This document shows positions 40,503-49,413 of a stretch of DNA of 64,000 bases, in pieces (within the stretch, counting starts at the first letter, position 1; the number at the start of each line of letters is the position of its first letter). The notes under the pieces were generated by a model. That model made no database searches. It was not told where the DNA came from and worked only from the letters and a program-made list of their open reading frames with translations. The translations under genes were made by a program, and so were the position numbers. The DNA lies in assembly GCA_963677745.1 (NCBI GenBank), contig OY782391.1, positions 1,184,001 through 1,248,000 on the forward strand, in the 5' to 3' direction. This DNA is from Candidatus Altimarinota bacterium. GTDB taxonomy: Bacteria > Patescibacteriota > Gracilibacteria > UBA1369.

Positions 40503-41108
40503 CTATTTCCCGTATAAATCGTAATCTGTGAATCTCTTTTTGGCTTTTTCACTTTCCTCTACATCATGACCGACGTCTGAAATGAACTGTCTTTTTCTGA
40601 TAATTTCAGTTTGCAGGGCATCAATGTGGCTTTTCAGCATTTTAATGTCAAAACTTTTGTCTCCAATAGACTCACTGGTCAATTCCTGCATTTTATTTCT
40701 CAAATCGGCAGCTTTTTCCTCCTTTTTTTTGAGGCCTTCCGGAGTACTGTTGACCATCTTGCGCCAGATACTGACGCGTTCGCGGTCGCGCTTTATTTCT
40801 GCGTTTAGGTCCTGATATTCCCTGTTCAATTTTTCTGTTTCGCGCTGAATTTCCGATGTAGTCCGTTTAACTGCGCCTTTTTTCTCCAATGTTGCCAATT
40901 CCTTTTTCTTAGCCGCCAATTCATCCTGCAATTCATCCAAACTTTTTGTGGCCTGCTCATATCTATGCTGGTTGGATTGCAGATCTCTGGCTCTGGATTT
41001 TTCTCTTTCTTTTTTCTGATCTCGTTCCTGCCGCTCCATTGCAGCTTTTTGGGTTTCATAATCGGAAGGCAAGGCCCGATCGTCAGCTTCAAGGTAATTT
41101 CTTTTCAT
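40503..41108 (-). CDS. Hypothetical coiled-coil protein
   Basis: Highly charged heptad-rich ORF. Confidence 0.65.
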   Translation of the reverse strand: MKRNYLEADDRALPSDYETQKAAMERQERDQKKEREKSRARDLQSNQHRYEQATKSLDELQDELAAKKKELATLEKKGAVKRTTSEIQRETEKLNREYQDLNAEIKRDRERVSIWRKMVNSTPEGLKKKEEKAADLRNKMQELTSESIGDKSFDIKMLKSHIDALQTEIIRKRQFISDVGHDVEESEKAKKRFTDYDLYGK

Positions 41109-41329
41109 ATATATATTAGAATTAATATATTCTATATATAATACAATAAAAGAGGCTGGTGGTAAAGAGCCGGAGATCTGATTTTAATAAATCTTTATGT
41201 GAAAACAAATAAGTCAATCCCGTCCGCGACAAGCTTTCTTCTCTTTTGCTAAGGCAAAGAGCTGTCAATTGAATTATTGGCTTATTCTGCTATGATTCTA
41301 AACATGTATTCTTTAATCAAAAGATTACT

Positions 41330-42229
41330 ATGAAATTTTCTGTTAAAAAATCAGTTGCCGGAATTGTGGCTACATTATTTATGTTTTCATTGTCACCCAT
41401 AGCTCTGGCGGGCGGCTCCAGTTATGAATTTACGACTTATGTGCGAAGCGGTCTGGTCAAAACCGGTTCCACCCTGCCCGAAGCTCTGCGGATCAATGTT
41501 CAGGTATACATGAATCCAAATATCTTTAAGATGAATCAGATTGGTATAAAAACCGTCAAGATCAGCTGTGAAGGCGATGATGCCCTGGAGTCCGCCCAGT
41601 TGAAACTGGGGAACACGGTACTGGCTTCAACCAACTTTGTCCCGTCGACTCTGGCTTCCAATTGGCATAAAGCACTTCTCCAGCCCCCATCCCTGATTCT
41701 CGACAATGACACTGTACATAATCTGGGCATTGATCTGAAAAGCCGCCCCAACCTCAAGGGCAACCAGGTAGTGATTTGCGAGGCAGAAATATTGGAACAC
41801 GATAAAATGTACAATAATGCGCTGGCGGATGTTCAAGACCTGGACTTTGCCAACATTGACCAGGATAATCGAGCCATGATCGTAGCCACAGACTCCGGAA
41901 AGTTATTCTCCAGCGACCAAAATTACCGTTTTTTGGATATGACTCAGCCTGTTTATTTTGGCGATATACTCACTATTTCGGGTACGGTTTCCAAGGTCAA
42001 AACCGGACAATATCAGATTTCCACTTCCTTCGCCGATTGGGGAAAGGCAGGGCTTTATAACGTGATGATTCCTTATTTGGATTTAAGTCCGGTAAAGTTT
42101 GACATCACCAGTCCCCGTTTTTTCACAACAGAACAATTGAAGCCATATAAGACTTTTTCCATTCAGGAAATGCACCTCTATGACCAACCGGCTGCCAACG
42201 GCTCGGTTGGGAAAATTACTCTGAAATAG
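41330..42229 (+). CDS. Secreted hypothetical protein
   Basis: Signal peptide ending ALA; beta-rich mature region. Confidence 0.7.
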   Translation: MKFSVKKSVAGIVATLFMFSLSPIALAGGSSYEFTTYVRSGLVKTGSTLPEALRINVQVYMNPNIFKMNQIGIKTVKISCEGDDALESAQLKLGNTVLASTNFVPSTLASNWHKALLQPPSLILDNDTVHNLGIDLKSRPNLKGNQVVICEAEILEHDKMYNNALADVQDLDFANIDQDNRAMIVATDSGKLFSSDQNYRFLDMTQPVYFGDILTISGTVSKVKTGQYQISTSFADWGKAGLYNVMIPYLDLSPVKFDITSPRFFTTEQLKPYKTFSIQEMHLYDQPAANGSVGKITLK

Positions 42230-42659
42230 TCCTGACTGCTTCCTTTACCGCCCATTTATGGAAATCCCGCCCCGGACCGTTTAGAAATTCCTCCACCGTT
42301 AACCAGTAGGGGACATGGTCCGGTTCCGTTGCCTGGGAAGGCTCAAAACTGATCATTCTGGCGACGTAAAAAGTCGCCAGTTTGTTCAGGTTTTTCAGTT
42401 TAGGTTTCAAAAAATACTGATTGGCTTTACCCAAAAAACGCAGGTCGGTGATTTCACAGCCTGCTTCCTCCATCGTCTCGCGCCTGGTTGCAGTTTGATG
42501 GTCTTCGCCGGCTTCCACTCCGCCTCCCGGCAGATGGTAGACATCGCGGACTTTTAAAACCAGAAGTTCCTGGCGTTCATTAAACACTATGGCATAGGCA
42601 CAAATCCGCTCAGTAAACTCACCCGGATGTTCTCCGAATTGTAAAACTAGCTCGTCCAT
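42216..42659 (-). CDS. NUDIX hydrolase
   Basis: LPGGGVEAGEDHQTATRRETMEEAG Nudix box. Confidence 0.9.
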   Translation of the reverse strand: MDELVLQFGEHPGEFTERICAYAIVFNERQELLVLKVRDVYHLPGGGVEAGEDHQTATRRETMEEAGCEITDLRFLGKANQYFLKPKLKNLNKLATFYVARMISFEPSQATEPDHVPYWLTVEEFLNGPGRDFHKWAVKEAVRTISE

Positions 42660-42940
42660 TTTTATTTTCCCAAAATTTTAATGGTGGGCCCAGCAGGACT
42701 TGAACCTGCGACCAATCGGTTATGCTTCTCACTATCACTTTCGTGATCCCTTTCGGGTTTGTAAGCTGGACTATCCCTTCTCCCTCGAGGGGAGTCTGCC
42801 GTCTAGTCTCTACACCTTCCGCACCGAAGCGCGGCTTGGCTCGGGATTACCATTGTGTCGCCACTTTAGGCTTCCCCGAATTTGACAGATTATCATTAGA
42901 AAATTGCTTCTCTAACAGCCCTAGTACTCAAAAGAAAAGC

Positions 42941-42949
42941 TGATATACT
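42941..42949 (+). promoter_or_regulatory. Extended -10 promoter (TGaTATACT) for the intron HNH gene, probably leaderless
   Basis: TGnTATACT ends 6 nt before the ATG at 42956; no SD sequence. Confidence 0.6.
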
Positions 42950-42955
42950 ACGGTT

Positions 42956-43321
42956 ATGAAAAAACACACTAACTGTACAATTTGCTCAAAACCTCTTGAT
43001 GGAAGACAAACGTTATTTTGCTCTATCAGATGCAAAAACGTTTATCACCAAAGCTATCAATCCCAGAAACAACGAGCATTAAAAAGAAAGTCAAATCTGG
43101 TAAAAGAAGCAGGAGATAAATGTACTCGCTGCGGATATAATACGAATCTTGCTGCTCTCGCCTTTCATCATCTTGATCCAAAAAAGAAAGATTTTAAACT
43201 TGATGCCAGATCTCTCTCTAATAGGACATTGGAAAAAATTGAACGCGAATTAAGCAAATGCATATTATTATGCCACAACTGTCATGCGGAAATTCATAAC
43301 CCAGAGATGAGTCTTTCTTAA
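42956..43321 (+). CDS. HNH endonuclease with N-terminal zinc finger (putative homing endonuclease), antisense inside the intron
   Basis: CTIC...FCSIRC finger; CTRCGY...FHHLDP...LLCHNCHAEIH HNH/Zn motif. Confidence 0.9.
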   Translation: MKKHTNCTICSKPLDGRQTLFCSIRCKNVYHQSYQSQKQRALKRKSNLVKEAGDKCTRCGYNTNLAALAFHHLDPKKKDFKLDARSLSNRTLEKIERELSKCILLCHNCHAEIHNPEMSLS

Positions 43322-43423
43322 GAATCTTTAAGCCGACTGCTCTAACCACTGAGCTATGGGCCCATTTTTCAATGTGCATCTCCGCCTGTTGCAGCCGCCT
43401 GCTGCCTTAAAATCCATACCAAA

Positions 43424-43469
43424 AGAGGGGAGGCATGCTAATCTTAATCAACGGCTTCCCCTCTGTAAA
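43424..43469 (-). promoter_or_regulatory. Terminator hairpin overlapping a TTTACA-17-TAAGAT promoter for the split tRNA
   Basis: On the minus strand, AGAGGGGAAGC...GCCTCCCCTCT-TTT; -35 at 43469-43464 and -10 at 43446-43441. Confidence 0.6.
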
Positions 43470-43499
43470 TAGAAAAATCACCGCACAGCAGCATGGAAA

Positions 43500-44204
43500 T
43501 TAACTGCTCTTCTTGGTCTTGATCAGACTGATGTCAGGTACGTTATCTGTCAGTGAGCATGATTCCATCAGAGAATAACCTTCCTTCTCAAAGGGACGGA
43601 TTATATTGTCGGCGTCTTCGCTGTGCATTCCGGTTGCGGAAGCTGCCCAGCCCGCACTTACCAGACTAGCCTGAATGTCATCGCAAACCTGTTTTAAATC
43701 TACGTTTTCAACTTTATAACTGAGTGAAGCCATGGTGTCGGCACTGAAATAGCTGAAATCAGTGGCACCACTTGGGCTGGGTAAATCCGCCGGTGCATCG
43801 GATGGTCTTGCCGCACCTTCCCCCCCCTGAAATGTACTTACTTTTCCCTGGGTGTCCGTCACTGTCATTATATTTCCATCTGTTTTTAACACTTCCTTAC
43901 CACTCTCGTCTTTGATTACCACATTGTCTCCTCCGCCTGATCCTTCCACCAGTGTTTTGCCGGTATTGTCAGTCACCTTAAAGTTGGCGTCTTTGCTGCT
44001 TCCGTCAATTGCCATATTGCCATCCTTGGTTTGCACCGTGAATTTTCCGTTTTCCAGATCGTCAAATTTCACCTTAACCTCTCCGTTGGAGGCTGAGTTA
44101 ATAATGCCTTCGGCGAGTTTGTTGCCAATTTGATCCTCCAGATTCTGACAGCCTGCCAGAATCAGAGCGGCTGCCGCTCCGGCCAATAGAATTTTTTTGT
44201 TCAT
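43500..44204 (-). CDS. Lipoprotein
   Basis: MNKKILL...LAGC lipobox from ATG 44204. Confidence 0.8.
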   Translation of the reverse strand: MNKKILLAGAAAALILAGCQNLEDQIGNKLAEGIINSASNGEVKVKFDDLENGKFTVQTKDGNMAIDGSSKDANFKVTDNTGKTLVEGSGGGDNVVIKDESGKEVLKTDGNIMTVTDTQGKVSTFQGGEGAARPSDAPADLPSPSGATDFSYFSADTMASLSYKVENVDLKQVCDDIQASLVSAGWAASATGMHSEDADNIIRPFEKEGYSLMESCSLTDNVPDISLIKTKKSS

Positions 44205-44229
44205 GTCTTTCCATTTATGAAATAAAAAC

Positions 44230-45189
44230 TTATTCACTTATAACAAAGGCATCTCGTTCCGACAAGTTTGTTCCGTAGCCAAATATTACCGGAAATTTGT
44301 CACGCACCTCGCCTCTCAGATATTCAATGTCATCGATTTCCAGCGCGTCAAAATGGTCAAGCACATGTTCCTGCAGAAAAGACTGCAGCTGCCGAGCGGC
44401 CTCCTCGCTTCTGCATAACTCCATCAGACGGGCACCCGGTTTCAACGTTATGGGCAGATTGTTCCGGAATTCAAATTGGACATAATCCTGTTTGTCCAGA
44501 TTATAGGCAATAATGTTCCTGGCCACATGACCGGAAGCCTGGGCTTTATCCATCAGTTTGGCAATCAGCGCAACCCGGTCATTATCTGCCGGGACTTCAA
44601 ATCTGTTATAAATTGGGATGATTTTTTGCGCTTGTTCCCTGGGTAGTGATTTGTGCAGTGCGTACTTGGCCCACCTTGGTTCCAGCTTCTTTTTTCTGAT
44701 TCCGTCCAGAGTTCCCTGATTGGTAAGGACTACATCGCCGGTTCCGATTTCTCCCACATCATGGACTATTATCATCGTCAGAAGTTCGTGCCAGACGGAT
44801 CTGTCTTCACCCGTGATTTCAGCATAAAGCGCCGGGTATTCCCTTTCAATCAGATTACACCACTTTATCAGGCCCAATACATGATCCAGATCGTTTTCAT
44901 GGAAATCAGGATTCATTTTTCGGGGTTGGTCCTTCCAGGTTACATTCTGCCAGCGCAGGGTTTTTTCCAGTCCTGCGACCAGTCCCTGTCTTACCTCTCT
45001 CCTGACTTGAAGATATTCAGGTTGAAAACTCCTTGGTAGAACATCCAAAATTGGATCGGACTCACGTCGAAGCTGCAAATCATGTGAGGATAAATATTTG
45101 GCCCGGCGTTGGAATCCAACCTTTGGTGAAGTGACAGTATCTTGTTCCGCTTCGCTTTTTAATCCGGTCCAGTCTGATTCAAAAGCCAT
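44230..45189 (-). CDS. HD-domain protein (YfbR/HD_3-like)
   Basis: ENDLDHV, IVHDVGEIGTGDV, KLMDK. Confidence 0.78.
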   Translation of the reverse strand: MAFESDWTGLKSEAEQDTVTSPKVGFQRRAKYLSSHDLQLRRESDPILDVLPRSFQPEYLQVRREVRQGLVAGLEKTLRWQNVTWKDQPRKMNPDFHENDLDHVLGLIKWCNLIEREYPALYAEITGEDRSVWHELLTMIIVHDVGEIGTGDVVLTNQGTLDGIRKKKLEPRWAKYALHKSLPREQAQKIIPIYNRFEVPADNDRVALIAKLMDKAQASGHVARNIIAYNLDKQDYVQFEFRNNLPITLKPGARLMELCRSEEAARQLQSFLQEHVLDHFDALEIDDIEYLRGEVRDKFPVIFGYGTNLSERDAFVISE

Positions 45190-45324
45190 AAATGATTTTT
45201 ATTTATCACTTGCAACCTATACTCGCGGACTTCCGTCATCAAGCAACTGGCATTGACGCCCCCCTATACCCGTTGCTATAAGTTATAGCGACTTGTTTTT
45301 GTATTTCTTAACACAAAATTCTAT

Positions 45325-47337
45325 ATGGGGTTTCTTTTGGATCCTGTCGTCAGCGCGATTCTGGTTTCGTGTTTGGCGCTTCTCTATGCCGTCTACTTGA
45401 CCTGGCAACTGCTCAGTGTCGAGACCGGAACGGAAAAAATGCAGAGCATAGCCGGTTACATCCGCGAAGGTGCCACTGCCTATCTGAACAAGCAGGCAAT
45501 GTACATCGGTATTTTTGCCGTTGTGATTTTTCTGCTGCTTTGGCTTCTGTTGCCTAACGGCGTCAAGATCGCCGTTGGTTTTCTGGTTGGTGCCGTCCTT
45601 TCCGGTTTTGCCGGTTACATCGGCATGATTGTTGCCACCAGGGCCAATGTCCGCACCGCGGCCGTGGCCAAACACGGTATGAAAGAAGCTTTTAATCTGG
45701 CCTATAAAGGCGGAAATATCGTCGGACTGTTTGTGGTTGCCACCAGCCTTTTGGGTGTCAGTTTCATGTATTATTTTTACAAGGATCCGACCATGATGAT
45801 CGGTTTCGGTTTTGGAGCCAGTTTGATCTCATTGTTTGCCCGTGTCGGTGGTGGGATTTACACCAAGGCCGCCGATGTGGGAGCTGATCTGGTCGGTAAA
45901 GTGGAGGCCGGAATTCCCGAGGATGATCCAAGAAATCCTGCCGTGATTGCCGATAATGTCGGTGATAATGTCGGTGATTGTGCCGGTATGGGTGCGGATC
46001 TTTTTGAAAGTTATGCCGTGACTCTGATTGCTTCCATGATTCTGGCAGCCACTCCCGCCATCAAAGCGATTTACGGAGAGAATGGAATTTTACTTCCGAT
46101 TATTCTCGGTGCCGTGGCCATAGTTGCCGGTATCATCGGTTCGTTGTTCGTACGTCTGGGCAAAAAGAAAAATATTATGGGAGCCTTTTATAAGGGCATT
46201 TTTGTCACCGCCCTGGTGGCCACGCTCGGTTTCGGAGGAGTAATCTATTTCTTTTTCCCCGGTCAATGGATTCCGCTTACCGGTTGCGCTTTCATCGGTC
46301 TGGTTATCATGGTTCTCATCAATAAAATCGCCGAATACTACACTGCCACGCATTACAAACCTGTCCGCTCCATAGCCAAGGCTTCCGAAACAGGAGCCGG
46401 TACCAATTTGATTGCCGGTCTGGCTATCGGTAAAGAAAGCACACTGCTTCCGGTTCTGCTGATTCTGGCAGGTATGCTTGCCGCACACCAATTGGCCGGT
46501 ATTTTCGGTATTGCCATTGCCGCCGTCGGAATGCTGTCCACTACCGGTCTGGTTATCTCCATGGATTCTTATGGACCGATTACCGACAATGCCGGAGGTA
46601 TTGCCGAAATGTCCGGTCTGCCGGAAAAAACCCGTGAGGTTACGGACGAACTGGATGCCGTTGGCAACACCACCAAGGCCGTTACCAAGGCTTTCGCCAT
46701 CGGTTCCGCCGCTCTGGCCGCTCTGGTTATGTTTGCCGCTTTTACCGATTATTTCCCCGGTATGCGGTTTGATCTGAGTAACATTTATGTACTGGTTGGT
46801 CTGTTCCTGGGCGCAGTAATTCCATTCGTTTTCTCTTCCATGACCATGAAGTCAGTCGGCAAGGCCGCCTTCTCCATCGTCACCGAAGTCCGCCGCCAGT
46901 TCAAGGAAATCCCCGGCATTATGTCCGGTGAAGGCAAACCGGAATATGGAACCTGCGTGGCTATCGTCACTCAGGCCGCTCTCAAAGAAATGATCCTGCC
47001 CGGCATTCTGGCCGTTGTTTCCCCGCTGCTGGTTGGTTACCTGTTTGGTCCAAGGGGACTGGCCGGTATGCTCACCGGTGTAATTATTTCCGGTTTCCTG
47101 CTGGCTATCCAGATGACCACCGGAGGTGCCGCCTGGGACAATGCCAAGAAACATATTGAAAAGGGTCATCATGGCGGCAAGGGCTCCGACGCCCACAAAG
47201 CAGCCGTGGTTGGTGATACTGTCGGCGATCCATACAAGGATACAGCCGGACCAGCCCTCAACTCCCTGATCAAGGTGATCAACACTATTGCTCTGATTAT
47301 CGCCCCTCTGCTGACCACCATCGCTCTGATGAAATAA
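45325..47337 (+). CDS. hppA: Membrane-bound pyrophosphatase, probably K+-independent and H+-pumping
   Basis: [35 protein letters not shown] (Lys variant), [10 protein letters not shown]. Confidence 0.95.
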   Translation: MGFLLDPVVSAILVSCLALLYAVYLTWQLLSVETGTEKMQSIAGYIREGATAYLNKQAMYIGIFAVVIFLLLWLLLPNGVKIAVGFLVGAVLSGFAGYIGMIVATRANVRTAAVAKHGMKEAFNLAYKGGNIVGLFVVATSLLGVSFMYYFYKDPTMMIGFGFGASLISLFARVGGGIYTKAADVGADLVGKVEAGIPEDDPRNPAVIADNVGDNVGDCAGMGADLFESYAVTLIASMILAATPAIKAIYGENGILLPIILGAVAIVAGIIGSLFVRLGKKKNIMGAFYKGIFVTALVATLGFGGVIYFFFPGQWIPLTGCAFIGLVIMVLINKIAEYYTATHYKPVRSIAKASETGAGTNLIAGLAIGKESTLLPVLLILAGMLAAHQLAGIFGIAIAAVGMLSTTGLVISMDSYGPITDNAGGIAEMSGLPEKTREVTDELDAVGNTTKAVTKAFAIGSAALAALVMFAAFTDYFPGMRFDLSNIYVLVGLFLGAVIPFVFSSMTMKSVGKAAFSIVTEVRRQFKEIPGIMSGEGKPEYGTCVAIVTQAALKEMILPGILAVVSPLLVGYLFGPRGLAGMLTGVIISGFLLAIQMTTGGAAWDNAKKHIEKGHHGGKGSDAHKAAVVGDTVGDPYKDTAGPALNSLIKVINTIALIIAPLLTTIALMK

Positions 47338-47366
47338 CAGCCAAGAATCAGTACTGAACAAAAGCT

Positions 47367-47400
47367 AATAAAAGGCGCGCCCGCGGGCGCGCCTTTTATT
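47367..47400. terminator. Intrinsic terminator, potentially bidirectional
   Basis: AATAAAAGGCGCGCCCGCGGGCGCGCCTTTTATT perfect inverted repeat after hppA. Confidence 0.85.
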
Positions 47401-47445
47401 AATAGCTATTTTATGCTAAAATAATAAGATTATTTAATTGCAAAA

Positions 47446-49404
47446 ATGGCTGTCAATTCGGTAAATAGCGGAGACCAGACACGGCGGGACAACCATCTGC
47501 CGGTACCCGATGATCTTCAGATGGCGGAAAGCCTTGAATTTCAGGATACCGAGAGACGTCCCGGCGCAGGTGAGGAGGGGGATCCTGAATCACTTCCTGG
47601 GAGTAAAACCGATGTCATGAACAAGCCGATCGGTTTTGTTGAACCGGAAAGCCCGGCAGCACTGACCGTTGCCTCGTCGGGAATAAATGACTATCTGGCC
47701 AGTACCCATGGCAAGGTGGGAAAAGCCTTACGGGAAATCAAAATTTTTGAGCCCTCCGTGGACGATCAAACCTCATCGGAATATGCCGAGTTAACTCAGG
47801 TAAAAAGAGGAGATCTTTCCCAGACCTTTCCCAGCGCCGGCGTCTGGCAGGATGTCGACCTGAGTAAAATTGAAGAATCTTTCGCCAATCAAACAGCTGC
47901 CGCGAAACAGGCAAACCCAAACGAAGAAGGCACTGTTGTTAAACATTTATCAAAAGAAGGGAATGATTTTGTTGAATTGACCCCTGAACAGGCAGAGGCA
48001 TTATTGGCAGAAGCCTCAGGGGAAGAGTTTCCCGAAATAGAAATTGACGAAAAGGAAATGCCTGCCATCGCCCCCATTCCGCTGGAGCAATTTATTCTCA
48101 AGGAAAAGTTGGAAAGTCATGACGCCTATCATGTATTCCGCTTGCTGATGTTACATCGCGAAGATCCCCTCCTCTGGAAATTCCTGTCGGAAAAATCCAG
48201 TAATCCGGCCAATTTTGAAATATTCAGACGGAACTGGAAAAAGAGACTGGTTCTTCCGCCCAGGAATAAGTTGAGACCTTTACTTTCTCCCAATTTTGTC
48301 CAGTCATTGCTGATTACCGGAGGAGTAAGGGAGAAAATCAAACATCCCCGCTACGGTTATGATGTTTCGGTTTTTACTTATTCCGATGAGAGAAACAAAT
48401 TGGGCGGCGGGCAACAGGGAGAGGTTTTACATGTGCTGTTTGCCGACGAGAATGCCAAGGAAAGAAAAGACATCCTGGTTTTGAAAGCGGTTTTACTTAA
48501 AAAAGCTCTTCCGACCGAAATGGCCCAGGAAAACTTTGAGAGGGAACGACAGATTGCCATCTATTGCGGGAAAATTGTAGAAAACAATCCCGAAGATTCA
48601 CGCAGTGGGCATTTGCTGACCCCGATTTATGTCGGAACAGATAAGATAATCATGCCGGTGCTCCGTGATCAAAACGGCCAGTCTTTGAACCTCAAGCAAA
48701 TTGCCAGAAACAATGATTTTAGAACTTGGACCCGCTGTCTGGCAGGGGCAGTAAAAGGAGCCAATTTTGCCAGTGATAACGGACTGATAAATTCCGACTT
48801 TAAACCGGATAATATTGTTAACACAGAGGCCGGCGGTGTCATGATCGACTGGGGTGGCTTGATCAGGGCCGACGACGTAAAAAACGGCAATCTGATTTTA
48901 ACCGACCTTGGCGATGGAATTGTCTGGCCGCTGCGCCCCAGCGGGAAAACCCCGCCGCTCACGCCCAACTATTGGTGCGGTCACCTGATGGCAATGGAGT
49001 TGAAGGGTGATCTGCCTGCCGGGGCTCTTCATAAATACATGTTTGCGAGGATTATTGAAAAATATTTAATTACGAAATACGCTGCGGATTTTGACCGCAA
49101 ACAAGTCAAGGAGGTCGTTCCGGAAAATAAAAAAGATGTGCCCTTCGGCAAGTTGCCCGATAATATTAAACTGAATTATCCGCCGCTTCAGATTCCAACC
49201 GAAGCAGTGCTGCCTGAGGAAAAATTATTATATGAACTATATCTAAAACTGCACCAGTCGCACCGTCATCCTTTCCGTTTCAAAAACAATGATACCAAGC
49301 AGGGCATTGATCCGGATTATATTTCCCTGAGCGAAATCGTCGACAGACTGGAGGAAATTTCCAATCTGCCGTCTAATGAGCCCGATACCCAGCCAACAAA
49401 ATAA
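47446..49404 (+). CDS. Ser/Thr protein kinase-like protein with long acidic N-terminus
   Basis: LGGGQQGEV, VLLKK, FERE, NSDFKPDN, IDWGG kinase subdomains. Confidence 0.78.
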   Translation: MAVNSVNSGDQTRRDNHLPVPDDLQMAESLEFQDTERRPGAGEEGDPESLPGSKTDVMNKPIGFVEPESPAALTVASSGINDYLASTHGKVGKALREIKIFEPSVDDQTSSEYAELTQVKRGDLSQTFPSAGVWQDVDLSKIEESFANQTAAAKQANPNEEGTVVKHLSKEGNDFVELTPEQAEALLAEASGEEFPEIEIDEKEMPAIAPIPLEQFILKEKLESHDAYHVFRLLMLHREDPLLWKFLSEKSSNPANFEIFRRNWKKRLVLPPRNKLRPLLSPNFVQSLLITGGVREKIKHPRYGYDVSVFTYSDERNKLGGGQQGEVLHVLFADENAKERKDILVLKAVLLKKALPTEMAQENFERERQIAIYCGKIVENNPEDSRSGHLLTPIYVGTDKIIMPVLRDQNGQSLNLKQIARNNDFRTWTRCLAGAVKGANFASDNGLINSDFKPDNIVNTEAGGVMIDWGGLIRADDVKNGNLILTDLGDGIVWPLRPSGKTPPLTPNYWCGHLMAMELKGDLPAGALHKYMFARIIEKYLITKYAADFDRKQVKEVVPENKKDVPFGKLPDNIKLNYPPLQIPTEAVLPEEKLLYELYLKLHQSHRHPFRFKNNDTKQGIDPDYISLSEIVDRLEEISNLPSNEPDTQPTK

Positions 49405-49413
49405 TAAAATAAA

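Larger units (their letters stand above)
42725..43330 (-). ncRNA. Group I intron (IC3/Azoarcus-like), 606 nt, at tRNA position 33/34
   Basis: Exon ends in U and intron ends in G. Conserved core elements: P AAATTCGGGGAAG, Q AATCCCGAGCCAAG, R GTAGAGACTAGACGG, S AAGGGATAGTCC. Helices: P2 with GCAA loop, P3 TCTGTC/GGCAGA, P7 GACTA/TAGTC, GAAA-capped P9 hairpins. Confidence 0.93.
42682..43363 (-). tRNA. Intron-split tRNA with CAU anticodon, probably tRNA-Ile2 (exons 43363-43331 and 42724-42682)
   Basis: Joined exons give GGGCCCATAGCTCAGTGGTTAGAGCAGTCGGCT|CATAACCGATTGGTCGCAGGTTCAAGTCCTGCTGGGCCCACCA, a 76-nt cloverleaf. It has a G1-C72 pair and lacks the three G-C pairs of fMet. Confidence 0.92.

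Noticed and set aside
42700-42943. Two short plus-strand ORFs upstream of the HNH gene
   Set aside because: They are antisense to the tRNA exon and the ribozyme core and show no protein features.
42682-43363. Reading the tRNA halves as attL/attR of an integrated element or as a pseudogene
   Set aside because: The halves do not overlap, together form one complete tRNA, and the insert has group I core elements with correct U/G boundaries.
42682-43363. Initiator tRNA-fMet identity for the split tRNA
   Set aside because: G1-C72 is paired and the anticodon stem lacks three consecutive G-C pairs. Ile2 is favoured, but elongator Met is not strictly excluded.
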